DNA of 64,000 nt, from assembly GCA_043228905.1 (NCBI GenBank), contig JBHGNT010000009.1:18910001-18974000 (forward strand). The letters run 5' to 3'. Made by a program: the position numbers and the translations under genes. The notes under the pieces were generated by a model. It was given only the letters and a program-made list of their open reading frames with translations. It was not told the DNA's origin and ran no database searches. Source of the DNA: Azolla caroliniana (Eukaryota > Plantae > Polypodiophyta). Of this stretch, positions 1 to 12,640 are shown in pieces. Position 1 is the stretch's first letter, and the number at the start of each line of letters is the position of its first letter.

Positions 1-69
1 ACGCTTGACGGATGCCGCTACTACGTCACCTTCATCGACGACCACTCGCGCTACACGTGGATATACCCG

Positions 70-1341
70 ATGAAGAAGAAGAGTGAAGTGCTCTCCCACT
101 TTCAAAGGCTCAAATGCCAAGTGGAGAAAGAAACCGGTCGGCACATTCGATGCCTACGATCAGACGAAGGAAAGGAGTACTTCTCCGACGAGTTCACCTC
201 CTACCTCCAAGGAGAAGGCATTCGTAGAGAATTCTCATGCCGACACACTCCCCAACAAAACGGAGTAGCCGAGAGAAAGAATCGGCAAATACTCGAGGTA
301 GCACGCGCCATGATGCGTGAGAAGCACATGCCGAACTTCTATTGGGCGGAAGCGGCATCCACGGCCGTCTATCTCATGAATCGATGCACCACAAATAGCG
401 TGCACGACCTTACTCCATACGATATCTTTGTTGGAAGAAAGGCCATCCTCTCGCACCTCAAGGTGTTCGGAAGCATTGCGAATGTACGCATCCCGAACAA
501 AAGTCGAGAGAAGCCCGACACGAAGTCGGAAGAATGTATCCTCATAGGATACTTGTTCACGAAAAAGGCGTACAAATGCTTCAACCCTTCGACTCGAGCG
601 GTGCGGATAAGTCGTGACATCATTTTCGACGAATCGGCATCTTGGTATAAGCCCGATGCGACTCCAACCGACCCGATCGAGGAAGAGTTGAACGCCAACT
701 CGGACGACGAAACTCGGCCAAGTCCTCCACCCAAGGACAATCCAAGCTCTATTGAGCTAATTGGCCCACAAGAGCCTCCACGCGATGAAAACACGTCGCG
801 GCCAAGTCCGACATCAGACAAAGGCAAAGGTAAGATGCCCGAATACAAAGTCGAGGTCCACCCCGACGACCGTGATTCGGATGATTCGGCTCGCTCACTA
901 GATAGTGAGTTCGGTGTACCCATCATGAGGACACCTGGAGTAAAGAAGGCACTCACATCGACAAACGAGAAACTCCGCCGCTCATCACGAGCGAAGACCC
1001 AAGTCACTCGTTACGCCTACAACGAGTATATGGCCCATCACTATGCCCTCGCGATGAAGGTAGTGGCCGAACAAGAGCCCGAGGATCCAAGCCTTCGTCA
1101 CAAGCTTGAGGGGGAGAACAGAACCGCGCAACGAAGCCGGAAGACGCGAAGAAAGCCGTGCAACACCGCGCAACAAAGCCGCGGAGAGCCGCGCAACGCC
1201 GCGCAACAAAGCTGCGAAGAGCCACGCAACGAAGTCGCGAAGACGCGAAGAAAGCCGCAAGCCGCACCGATGCCGATGAAGCCGAAGGAAGCTAAACCGG
1301 ACGTTGGACGCCTCACACTTGAGCTTGAGGGGGCGTGTTGA
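70..1341 (+). pseudogene. Copia integrase ORF fused to non-coding 3' UTR
   Basis: 423-aa ORF with rve core and SH3-like CILIGY region; the C-terminal ~90 aa is translated low-complexity UTR. Confidence 0.85.
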
Positions 1342-1773
1342 GATATCAAGCTCAACTAGTTTAATCTAGTTAGTCAACACATGTAACTTAGTAGTTACCT
1401 AGATTGAATCTAGTTAATGTGTTGACCTTAAGCCTTAAATAGGACCTTGTACTTAAGTGGGATATTCTAGATCCTCCACTCCTTAGTACATTTAATGTAG
1501 GACTTACACATAAGTACCTATGTTCTACCCACACATGTGCACCTTTGCACATGGGTTGTATATATACCTCATTGTGGGTATTTTTGTATGTTGATGACAC
1601 TTTTCAATATAGTCAATCATCCCCCATTTATCTTTGTGTTCAAGTGTAACTTCCTCTCTCTCTCTCTTCCTCTCACACACTCTCACGCGCATATCATACT
1701 AATCTTCCGCTGCTTAACGTAACCATATAATTAGTCTCTAATTAACCCTAGTTAATTACCTAATTACTTAACA
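1336..1773 (+). repeat. 3' LTR of Copia element
   Basis: TGTTGAG...CTTAACA termini, directly after the PPT; its start resembles the minus-strand LTR at 9150-9598 (TGTTGAGAATCAAGCTC). Confidence 0.8.
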
Positions 1774-1789
1774 GGCTACATTTTTTGCT

Positions 1790-2030
1790 TAAGCTACTCG
1801 ACTTCAATTGTTGGTTGATCTTCAAGACCATCAATTGCGTGGTTACACACGCAAATCCTCATAGATAATTAAAGTGTTATGGTTGTAGCGAGAAAATCCA
1901 GTTTTCCATACATTGAACAATGCATATTGAAGTCCAATTATATACAAGGGAGAGATTACAAGAACATGAAATCAACTTAGTATATTATCCTACAAAGGAC
2001 AATGTGGCAAATAACATTGTTGAGGGGAAG
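1790..2030 (+). pseudogene. Highly degenerate Copia RNase H remnant
   Basis: Frameshifted translation DN*SVMVVA(R)NPVFH..HIEV..RERLQEHEINLVYYPTKDNVA matches the Copia RNH consensus DNQSA..NPVFH..TKHIE; ends near TTGAGGGGAAG. Confidence 0.65.
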
Positions 2031-2199
2031 TTCAAAGGTTTCCAAAAAGCTTTCGGATTATTGCTTCCATGTCATGGATGATTTGCTACTTGATTCCAAG
2101 TTCAGCTCATAGTATCCCTATATTGGGGATTTGTAGGAAACCATGTTGTGGTACATGTGTCACTACCTTTACTATTAAGGATTGTGAATATGATTGCAT

Positions 2200-2580
2200 G
2201 ATCTAAGGCACAGTTGATCATGTTGTTCAACTTTGAGTCATAGATCTCTCAATTTCCAATATACAAATGCCAAATCGACAATGGTATGGTCGTGACACAT
2301 CATAGGTATTCCACCTTTGGACCACACACCTACAGGGTAATATAAGTCATGTTGTATGGAATCTTATTATTAAGTTGATCATACCATTAAATCGTGATGT
2401 GTGTTCAACATAGGAAACTTGTTCCTTGCATCCCATTTAATGTGAAAGAGTTGTAAATGTAAGGGTTTGACACACCCTTTACGTTACTCAATCAATGGGA
2501 TCTAGCAACACATGCTACAAATACGTCACATCCAATAATGATATGATGAGAATTTGTAAGCTAATGTTCAAAGGTTTTAG
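2200..2580. repeat. Diverged ~380-bp segment duplicated at ~9990-10350
   Basis: Colinear shared blocks: TCTCTCAATTTCCAATATA, ACACCTACA, AATATAAGTCAT, CCTTGCATCCCA, CAATGGGA, TACGTCAC. Confidence 0.7.
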
Positions 2581-3930
2581 AGTGAAGAGAGTTTGTATTT
2601 TATCTTAGTGATGAGAGAGTAACAAAAACATAGGTTTTTTTTATCAAAATCATCGATGGATAAGAAAAGTGGGACGTGTTTGAAAGATTATAAAATAAAA
2701 AGAAGAAGAATAAAACATATTAGTTCTATCAAAGTAATGTAAAAGGTTATCAAAATAGAGGGTGTAGGCTCTGCTTACATAGACCAAAAATATGAGTTCT
2801 ATGTTTTGGAGGCCATGACATAAAAAATTGACCAGATACTTTGTATGAGGTGCCATACATGCAGAAAGAAAACATGTACACTATGAGATTGAGAAAAGAG
2901 TATCTAAGTCCTAGCTAGAAAAAGAGCTATGCCCAAAATTTGTCAGTTATTTCTTCATTATTTTTTTATTCCCAAAATTTGGGGCACTAGTAATTTTGGG
3001 GAGCTCGAGATTTGGGAAAAAATTGAGGGTTTGGAAGGTCTTTGCTTCCTATTATATTGGGTTTTGGGTTGATGAGGGTTAGTGGTTACATGAGGAACAA
3101 TTCGACAATATGTGGTTGGAATATTGATCTCGTCAAATTCACTCTGTCCATCCAATTCACCTCCGAATAAGATCGGTGCATTTTAGAAGTGTTATTAATT
3201 ATCTTAATATAATTAGTGCATTTTTGTTGCGTACAATTGAACATGTGAGTTTGCTGGTTTATCGAACCAGATCGATGCATTTACGATGAGTTCCTATGCA
3301 AAAAGTTGTGGTGACGTGTTTATGCTAATTGAAGGTTTGAAAAAAAAAACCTAGGAAAGTTCAAGCAAAAATTGGATGAAATTATGTATGATCAAATGAA
3401 AACTATTGTACATTCATTTGGCAAAGAGTCAAAAAATTGTAGTGAGGTGTTCATGCTAATTGGAGATCTGATAGGAAAGTTTGAGAAAGATTTAATGGAA
3501 TTATTTGTGATCAAACAAGAACTACTAGGATCGACATTCAATCGGCAGAGATAGAATTCAAACGTGCACGTATGAATCAACATTTTAGGCTCTACTATTG
3601 GGCTACTCCTACATATTGTCCAACCTTAGGAAGGTTGGACATCTTTTACTCCATACTTTAGGAACACCCATGGCAAGAGGTCTTGGGTTTAACTCCTCTC
3701 GAAAGAAGTACACCCTTTGTTATAACTTATAATTGTGGCAAGAGCATAAAAGTCTAGATTATAGTCTAACACGGTTGATCACTTCATATATACGAATGGG
3801 CATAAAAATCTATTTGTAAGAATGGGAATTCATTTAAAAGCAAGGGCATTGCTTTCATTTAGTCTATTTGCAACAATATAAGCTTGACACGCTTAAGAAT
3901 GTTATGGAGTTTTGAGACTTAAGCTTGAAG

Positions 3931-4092
3931 ATAAGTTATAATCATGATTTTCAAACTCTTTTGAAACCCATCACATGATGGCATGGTGCACTCTATAGTA
4001 GATTCTTGATTGGGTCCAACGAACTTAAAGAAGGATGGTGATATGATGTAATATTAGAAATGATGGATTCAATATTGGACTCCTCGAAATGG
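3931..4092. repeat. Direct repeat flanking the Copia at 4093-9598 (second copy 9599-9779)
   Basis: AGTTATAATCATGATTTTCAAA...GAAACCCATCACATGATGGCATGGTGCACTCTATAGT...ATATTAGAAATGATGGATTCA occurs on both sides. Confidence 0.85.
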
Positions 4093-4563
4093 TGTCTGCT
4101 TCAGATGGTATCTGGTTCTCTCTCTGTTACTCCCCCTCAGGCTTGGCAAGTTAGCGATCGTCAATCCAAGTTCCGACGTGAATTGCCGAAGCTTGTCAAC
4201 ACCTAGGGCTTTCGTGAAGATGTCAGTTGTCTGATGATTGGTGTTGATGTGTAGAAGGTCAACATCCCCTGCAAGGACACATTCTTAGATGAAGTGGTAG
4301 TGCACCTCAATGTGCTTTGTCCAAGCATAGAAGACGGGGTTTTGAGCAAGATGGATATTGTTGAGATTGTCACAATAGAGGAAGATTGGATCGTTGATGG
4401 AGACGTCTATATTCTTCATATCCTCTTGAGCCATATAGCTTCACATGCAGCAACAACCGCACCCCTATATTCGGCCTCTGTACCGGATAAGGCGACCTTT
4501 CGTTGCTTCTTATTGCTCCATGATATGGCTCCGCCGCTGATTGACAATACGAAGCCTGAAGTT

Positions 4564-5040
4564 GATCATCGGTCGGCTTTGTAGCTGGCCCAATCGGCAT
4601 CTGTATACCCTTCGAGTCAAATTGACATGGTCAATTTATAGAGAATGTCGCAGTCCATCGTTCCACTCATGTATCGTAACACTCGGTTTGCAATCCAAAT
4701 GAATATCACGTGGAGTTTGCATGAATTGAATAAGGAGGCTGACCGGATGGCTGAAATCGGGTCGAGTGATCATAAGATAGATAACGCTTCCGACAAGTTG
4801 ATCGTCAATCAGCTTTGTAGTTGTGGCCCAATCGGCATCTGTATACCCTTTGAGTCGAATTGGCGTGACCAATTTATAGAGAATGTCGTAGTCCATCGTT
4901 CCACTCGCGTATCGTAACACTCGCTAAACACAATCCAAATGAATATCACGTGGAGTTTGCATGAATTGAGTAAGGAGGCCGACCGGATGGTTGAAGTCGG
5001 GTCGAGTGATCGTGAGGCAGATAAGACTTCCGACAAGTTG
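4564..5040. repeat. ~240-bp tandem duplication inside Copia RT/RNH
   Basis: GGCCCAATCGGCATCTGTATACCC at 4587 and 4825; CAATCCAAATGAATATCACGTGGAG at 4691 and 4931. Confidence 0.85.
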
Positions 5041-8000
5041 CCGATAGTGTATCAACTCACACTTTGTGGTGCTGGAGTTGGTGTCCAGTTTGAGGTTTCG
5101 GTCGAGAGGGGTAGCGATGGTGGGCTTACACTCTATGATCCCAAACTTGAATAGCAGATTCAGGATATAGTGTCGTTGGGAGATCATAATGCCATTAGAG
5201 GTTTGAATTACTCCAATGCCTAGAAAGTAATGAATCTCTTTCATGTCTGTCATCTCGAATTTGCCGGAGAGGAGGGACTTGAGCTTGTTGATGTTGACTA
5301 GCTCTTCATCGCCAAGGACCAGATCATCCATGTAGAAGATGATGAAAATCGGACTTCCAGATTCGCTTTTTACATAGAGAGAGTTGTCGGATTTTGACAT
5401 TTTGAAGCCGATTCAATGAAGATATTATGTTATCTTGGAATGTCAAGCCCGTGTCGAGCCTTGCTTAAGGCCATACAGTGGCTTCTTTAGCCCGCACTAT
5501 GTTGTGGGATGTGTGCTCTATTCGAAGCCAGGTGGTTGTACCATACACACCTTCTCTTCTAATTCGCCTAGAAGAAAGGCGTTCTTGACGTCCATTTGAT
5601 GGAGGTGCCACCCTTTCTCTGCCGCATAGGCAATTACAGTCTGAATGGGTATCATCTTTGCCACCGAGGCAAAGGTCTCTTCATAGTCTATGTCGTGGGT
5701 TTGTGCATAGCCTTTTGCTATTAGATGGGTCTTGTCGCAGTTGACAGCTCCGTCGGCATTGTACTTCACTTTGTATATCCATCTACATCCAATTGCTTTC
5801 TTATGAGGTGAGTGAGGGACAAGATTCCATGTCTTGTTCTGGTCGAGCTCACGAGTGGAGTAATGGAGTTTTTCGTTTGCCGTTGTAAGTGCTTTCTTCA
5901 CTTTGGGTGTCCTCATGATGGGAACACCGAACTTGTTATCAACTGTTTGCGCCAGTTCATCCGCATCACTCTCATTAGAGTGGTTGTCCTCATACTCGGG
6001 CATTTTGGACTTTCCTTTGTCCGATATCAGATTTTTTCGTGACATGCTTTGCTTGCTTGTAGGCTCTTGTGGTCCACTCAATTTGGTTGAGATTAGACTC
6101 TCCTCGGGTATTGCCCTTAGTTGTTCGTCGTCGTCCGGGTTGACTTCAAAGTTGGCCATGATTTGTTGGGGTGAAGTCGGCTCAAGGGCATACCATGATG
6201 CCAATTCATCAAACACGACATCCCAACTTACGCGAGCCATTCAAGTAGATGGGTTGAAACATTTGTAACCATTCTGCTCAAGCGAGTACCCCACGAGGAT
6301 GCACTTCTTCGATTTTGGGTCAAGCTTCTGCCACTTTTCATCGGGAATGTGCACATATGCAATTGAGCCGAATACCCTTACATGTGATAGATCCGGTTTC
6401 TTTCCATAGTACTTCTCGTGAGGGGTAATCTTGTGCACATCAGATGTCGTACATCGGTTCATTAGATAAACGGTTGTGCATGTTTCTTCGGTCCAATATG
6501 ACTTCAGCATGCGTTTTTTGTTTAGCATGGCCCTTGCTACTTCGAGGATGTGTCGATTCTTTTGTTCAACTACTTCGTTCTGTTGTGGTGTATGTTGACA
6601 CAAAAATTCTTGATGAATTCCTTCTTGTTAGAGAGACGCTGAAAATTCGTCGAAGAAATACTCTTTTCTTCCGTCTGATCGAAGACATCAAACATGTCGA
6701 CCAGTTGCCTTTTCGACTTCTCTTTTGAACTTTTGAAAGTCTGCGAATACTTCGCTCTTGTGGTGCACCGGATAAATCCAGGTGTGTCTGGAGAAGTCAT
6801 CAATGAATGCGACATAGTATCAACACCCTCCGAATGTGGTTGTATGTGTTGGTCCCCACACATCAAAGTGGACTACGTCTAGTAGTCCTTTGCTCATGTT
6901 CCACTCTTTCGAGAAAGGATGTTGATGTTGCTTGCCGAATTAGCATGCTTCACATACTCCATTGATTTCCTTTTCTTTAAATGCATGGAGTCCAATGACA
7001 ACTCCTTTTGATTGCATCCCTTGGAGGTTGATGTGGCCGATCCTTTTGTGCCACAATTCAATATCTGTGTCGACTTTTGACCCTTTCGCATACATGGCCG
7101 ATTTCACCTCGTGTGAATTGAGAATGAACATTCGGCCCTCTCTTCATCCGCATGCAATTAGTTGGACCTCTTTCTCAATGAAGCAACTTGCATTGGTAAA
7201 GCGGACTTGCATCCCTTACTCCAAATTTTGGCCAATTGAGACCAAATTCTTTGTGATGGTCGGTACATGCAAGAAATTTTTAATATACATCGGGTTGCCT
7301 TCTTTGCCAAATGGGACATTGCTGATGTATCGTATCGGATGAGTAGTATCATCTCCGGTTTCGACATAGCCAAGTCGATCCGGCTCTCGCAGGATTCAGA
7401 ATCATTCTTGATGAGATGTCATATGGTTCAAGGCACCGGAGTCGACGAACTAGAGGCCGATATAGAATTTGCTCTATGTCTAATCACGAACATTCCTCCA
7501 TGGTCATCATAGTTGGAGTTGGTGGCATTATTGGTGAGTTGTCGGCCTGTGGAAGCCGACTCACATTTCTTCTTTTGGCACTCCTCTTCATAATGGCCGA
7601 TTTGGCCACACTATCCGCATTCAACAAACTCGTTGTTTTGTCGGCTTGGTCCGACATGAAAACTCCCCCGTTTGCCGAACGTACCTCACAAGTTTCCACT
7701 GTCTTATCGGTAATGGGAGTTGTTTTCATATGTCAGGCCTCGTCCACCTCGTCCTTGGCCGAATCGTCCTCTTCTTGCACGACCGTGTTCTCTGCCACCA
7801 TCCAAGTGCGAATAAAGCATGTGTGCTTCAGAGGTGATGCTCCTTGATCAGATGTGTTTTTCTTCGACCAACAACATTGACTGAAGGTGAAAGGAGGGAG
7901 GATTTTAATTTGTGAGGACGACCGATCGCAATGTGCCGAATTGTGGTGCTAAGCTGCTAATGTTGTCGTTGATTGAGCTGAGTGAGTCACATAACTCCTT

Positions 8001-8276
8001 GATATTCACGGTATAGTTTGTGATTGACATGTCCTTTTGTTGGACATTGTTCAACTCTTGGTGGAGTTGAAGCTTGTGTGTGGTTGTGTTTGCCACAAAA
8101 AATTTCCTGACATTCTCCCATGCTTCCTTCGGCGTCTTGGCTTCTCGAATGTAGCCAAGCATGTGGTCATGGACGCATGTCGCCAAGCAATACATTACTC
8201 AACTCGCCACTTGCTCCTAAGTTGAGTAGTCAACGTTCTTTGGGTCGGGTTTGTTTTCTTGTGCTCCTTGAATGTA

Positions 8277-8873
8277 TATCATGGACATACCAACCATGAA
8301 CTACAATGGAGCATGGATGATGGGCCTATGAGTCTGGAGCTTAAGAAGCTGGGAACAACACAAGAGCATGGAGACAAAGATGACGAAGGAGACAAGATGG
8401 AATGAAATGAGAATACTAGATTACTGTGTCAATGATTGGTGATGATGATAATAATCAACAAAGCAAAGTAGTGTCGACAAAGATGAAGGTTTGGCAAAGT
8501 AGCATTGGTGAACACAACAAGAGGTGTTGAAAATGATGATGTCAAAGACAAGGCAGCAAAGATGAGGAGGAGGAGGAATCAACTTTGGAAGCAAGGACAG
8601 AGTCATTGCCCTTGCTTCCAGAGTTACCATCATCACCAGTTACAGAGTCTTTCAATTCATCAACTCATCCATTCAATTTTCTTCTAGTCTCTTGTGCATA
8701 TTATCTATCTGTGACAGTTTGTTCACCTTCCACTGGAAGCATCACCCGTGTTTGTCATTGTCCTTGCTTCTAGAGTTAGCATTGTCACCAATTATAGAGT
8801 TTTTCAATTCATCAACTCATGCATTTGATTTTCTTCTAGTCTCTTGTGCATATTATCTATCCGTGACAATGAC
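8277..8873. other. ~600-bp unclassified insertion in Copia gag
   Basis: Splits gag at GQGYWGYI|QGAQEN. Flanked by AATGTA at 8271-8276 and 8874-8879. Contains an internal ~80-bp duplication (~8640-8720 and ~8790-8870). Confidence 0.7.
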
Positions 8874-9137
8874 AATGTAGCCCCAATATCCTTGTCCGAC
8901 AAGGTATTGGTGCATCTTGTATTCCCAAGATGCAAAGTTGTTTCGGTCCAACTTCTCGGTGTGAAGAGAGCTACCCATTTGAGCATTCATGATGGTCGAT
9001 GTAGATTTCCTTCTTCGTTTTCTTTTCTCTTGGACATAAGCTATGTAGTGACACTACGATAGCGATGAGCTAGTTCTTCTTGAATCATTGGCGTCTAACA
9101 CAACACACGAGGATGGGCTAGATCAAGCTACCAAATC

Positions 9138-9149
9138 GCTCTGATACCA
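9138..9149 (-). promoter_or_regulatory. PBS complementary to initiator tRNA-Met
   Basis: Minus strand reads TGGTATCAGAGC adjacent to the LTR end. Confidence 0.9.
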
Positions 9150-9598
9150 TGTAAAGAATTGAGTGTGATTCTATGCAACGGAATATGTTAAAGATGTATG
9201 TTATGTGTGTGTGAAAGATGAGAGAGTAGAGACACAAGATAGATAAGAAAATGAAATACTCAAGATGTAAATTAACAAGAAGTAGAGAACAACTACGTAG
9301 AGATAATGAGCACTACAAGGGAGATTAAGCGAGACTTACAAAGTAGGAGGGTGCTTTATATAAGTTCACCCTCTCGCTGAACCACTCACTCACTCTCTAG
9401 AATCTTGGGGAGTGGGGAATCTCATTAACTATGTGTCATATAGTGTAACTCCTATGACACATGAGTTATGTTACAAGACTCATTAATAATGTGTCATAGA
9501 ATGTAACTCCTATGACACATTAGTTATATCGCATAGTTGTGGTGTGTAACTCTCTAGTGTGTTTACACACTAGGATAGGTCGAGCTTGATTCTCAACA
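9150..9598 (-). repeat. 5' LTR of Copia element
   Basis: Minus strand TGTTGAGAATC...CTTTACA, followed by the PBS. Confidence 0.85.
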
Positions 9599-10577
9599 AT
9601 GAGTTATAATCATGATTTTCAAAGACTCTTTTGAAACCCATCACATGATGGCATGGTGCACTCTATAGTGGATTCTTAGTTGGGTTCAACGAACTCAAAG
9701 AAGGATGGTGATATGATTTAATATTAGAAATGATGGATTCACTTTGATTTATCATCAATGCTAGACTCCTCGAAATGGATCCCAATGTTTTTAGCATAAT
9801 CAGTGGCTCGCTCAAATCTTTTTCAATCCATTACTAGTGACTATCAAATAATCTAAATAATCACTTGTTAGGAATGAAGTGGTACAAAAGCTTTAAATTG
9901 GATGATTTTGTAATGTCAATTGATGCTCACTGCATTTTTTGGAAAGATGGTAAAATTTATGTTCATGGTGTACCATGACCAAATACTCCATCCACTCACA
10001 TGGACCATGTTGATAAACACTTAGTCAAAGGTCTCTCAATTTCCAATATAAATGACAAATCCACAATTGTATTCTCTTGACACATCATATGGGTTCCATC
10101 TTGGCAGTATACACCTACACGCCAATATAAGTCATCTTGTGTAGAATCTTATCATAAAGTTTGTCATACCGTTGAATAATGTTATGTGTTTAACATAGAA
10201 AACTTGTGCCTTGCATCCCACTTAATGTAAAAGAGACATAAATATAAGCGAGTGACCCACCCTTTGTGTTAACCAATGGGACATAGCAACATATATGCTA
10301 CAAGTACGTCACGTCCATAATGATACAAAGAGAATCTGTAAATAAATGTTCAAAGTTTATTAATGCGTGGTAAGCCGATTTAGGGTTACAATGCAAATAG
10401 TAAGTTCTTCGAACTTGATTCAATTGTGAACCAAATACTTGAGGGGCACTTTAGATTTGCCTTAATGCTAAATCTAGCAAACTTGTCATTATTCCCAGTT
10501 TTATACTATTGGCATTGAAACCTAAAGTATGATAAACATGTGAACTTTCATTTTACGAGATATAGAATCAATATGAA

Positions 10578-10790
10578 CATTGAATACCACATTCTAGTTC
10601 AAAGAAACTATGTTGTACATCTTTGTTAAGTATAATTTGATCACCGATGCCTTAATGGAGAAAAACAATTTTAACTGAAAGAAATTTCGCATTGAATACC
10701 ACATTCTAGTTCAAAGAAACTATGTTGTACATCTTTGTTAAGTATAATTTGATCACTGATGCCTTAATGGAGAAAAACAATTTTAATTGT
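10578..10790. repeat. Near-identical tandem duplication, period ~112 bp
   Basis: CATTGAATACCACATTCTAGTTC...GGAGAAAAACAATTTTAA at 10578 and 10690. Confidence 0.9.
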
Positions 10791-11739
10791 TTAGAATTCA
10801 AGGACATCCTCTCAAAGTTTGTGACTTGAACGTAATGTGTGTGCTTGTGTTGCCTATTGATAGTAGATACAAGTGTGGCAATACTAATGTGAGAATAAGA
10901 TAGTCATAGAAACATTAAATGTAAATATAGTTAGCCTAAGATGATAAGCTTACATAAGCAGTTCTAAACATGCAATTAGAAATGTTGCTTTCCTTGAATC
11001 ATTTTGTTAGTTAGTGGACTTTTCTCAAGATCCCTTATATAGTATAAATGAATCATTAATCGTAGAAAACGATTGACCTCAACAACAATAGTCAACAAGA
11101 GAGTGTTTCATCGACGATTTGACAAACAAAATTGATTACTATATTGGAATCTTACACCGAGGTATAGACTTTTTCAATCACTCAAAAAATATGGTTGTTT
11201 TAAGGTTCCCCAAACGAAGCACATGTGCTCACACCCGATGTCTCTAGCTTTACGAACATGGTTATCGAATATCAAGTTGATTGAGAACATCATATGTTGA
11301 TTATGTTTGGGTCCATTAGTTGAATATGCAAGTTTTGCTTTGACCTAAGCTTACAAAGCGGGGAGTGAACCTCGACAAACACATTCTATACATAAAATAC
11401 GTAAAATTTGAAGAAATCTTAAATGTCATTATGTATCTGATGAAATGTTGACTAATGAACAAGGAAAATGAGATTATTTATCTAACTTATTATTTATTTG
11501 ACGAGGGATCAAATAATTGAGCTAGCCACAAGTGCCACTGGGATAGCTCTTAGGGATTTCATCAAACGACTTAGTGTTGATATTTTACAATTAAAGATAC
11601 TGGTCCAATATGTGAAGACGATGTTGTAGTTTGGCTTTGTTTCTCTTTATGATAGCAACATTTGTGATCCCAAAAAATAGATTCAATGATTTTATTAGAG
11701 TATCAAATTATGAATAACTTCACAAAAGCCTTGCTATAA

Positions 11740-12640
11740 TTGTACATACCTTTCTTGCTCAAATCTACCACATGCTCAAGGAACATTTTGACCTTTCCCA
11801 ATATTTTGAGTGTACTCGCTTTTTATTCGAGAAAGCTTTGGAGTAGTTTTGCTCATTACCCCTATTCAAAATCAACGCGTGACGTAAATTTAACATGGAA
11901 TATGGGAAAGGTTTCTTCACGATAGCCTTGTGTTGTACAATAATATAAAAAGTTGGTTTTGAATGTTTGTGAAATATATGTTACGACATTGCATTAGAGA
12001 GAATGTAACTTTAAATTAGAAGATTAAATGATTAAGTAAACGTTCACCACAAAACTTCATGAACTTGACTTATAGAACTTCATAACAGTTGTTTTGTTTC
12101 TCTTCTATATAGTCCTCTTAAAATATATTATTATCTCGTCCTTTTACAAGTGGTCTTATCATCATTATTTTGCTTGTGTTCTTTGTACATTACCTATCTC
12201 TCTCAATTCTACCACATGTTCAAATAGCATCCTGACCTTTCTCGACATTTCAAAGTAACTTGCTTTTATTAGAGAAAACTTTGCACTACTTTTGCCCATT
12301 TCCCCTATTCAAACTCAATGCATGATGTAATAAACCTTAATGTGAAATACATCATGGCTTATGGGGAAGCTTTCCCATGTCAACCTCATGTTGTATAATG
12401 GTTTACAAAGTTTGCTTCGTAAGTTTCAGAAATATACGTGCCGACATTGGATAAGAGGGAATGTGATTTCAAATGAGAAGACTAAATAATGATGTGAACA
12501 TTAGGCACAACAAACAATAATGAACTTTACTTATAGAAATTCATAAGAGGTGGTTCGTTGTGTGTCTTCTCCTTGGTCCTCGTAATTGTATGTTATATTA
12601 TCACTTTCTTTTACAAAGAGAGTTCCCATCATCATTATTA
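11740..12640. repeat. Old diverged tandem duplication, period ~440 bp
   Basis: TTGTACAT..CTACCACATG, CCCCTATTCAAA, ACTTATAGAA.TTCATAA and ATCATCATTATT recur colinearly. Confidence 0.7.

Larger units (their letters stand above)
1..1773 (+). mobile_element. Ty1/Copia LTR retrotransposon, 3' part; integrase present, RT/RNase H internally deleted
   Basis: Integrase motifs FIDDHSRYTW, LRSDEGKEY and TPQQNGVAERKNR, then ECILIGY. The sequence jumps from EQEPE straight to the pol end. PPT GAGGGGGCG precedes an LTR starting TGTTGAG at 1336. Confidence 0.9.
4093..9598 (-). mobile_element. Decayed Ty1/Copia element (5' LTR, PBS, gag-PR-INT-RT-RNH; 3' LTR missing)
   Basis: PBS TGGTATCAGAGC (rc at 9138-9149). 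gag EKLDRNNFASWEYKM; ELWHKRIGH; QQNEVVEQKNR; HQMDVKNAFL; FYMDDLVL; RTKHIEVHYHF. Many stops and frameshifts. Confidence 0.92.

Noticed and set aside
10960-11370. Possible ancient Copia remnant (FIDDF- and TKHM-like peptides)
   Set aside because: Too degenerate to support as a feature.
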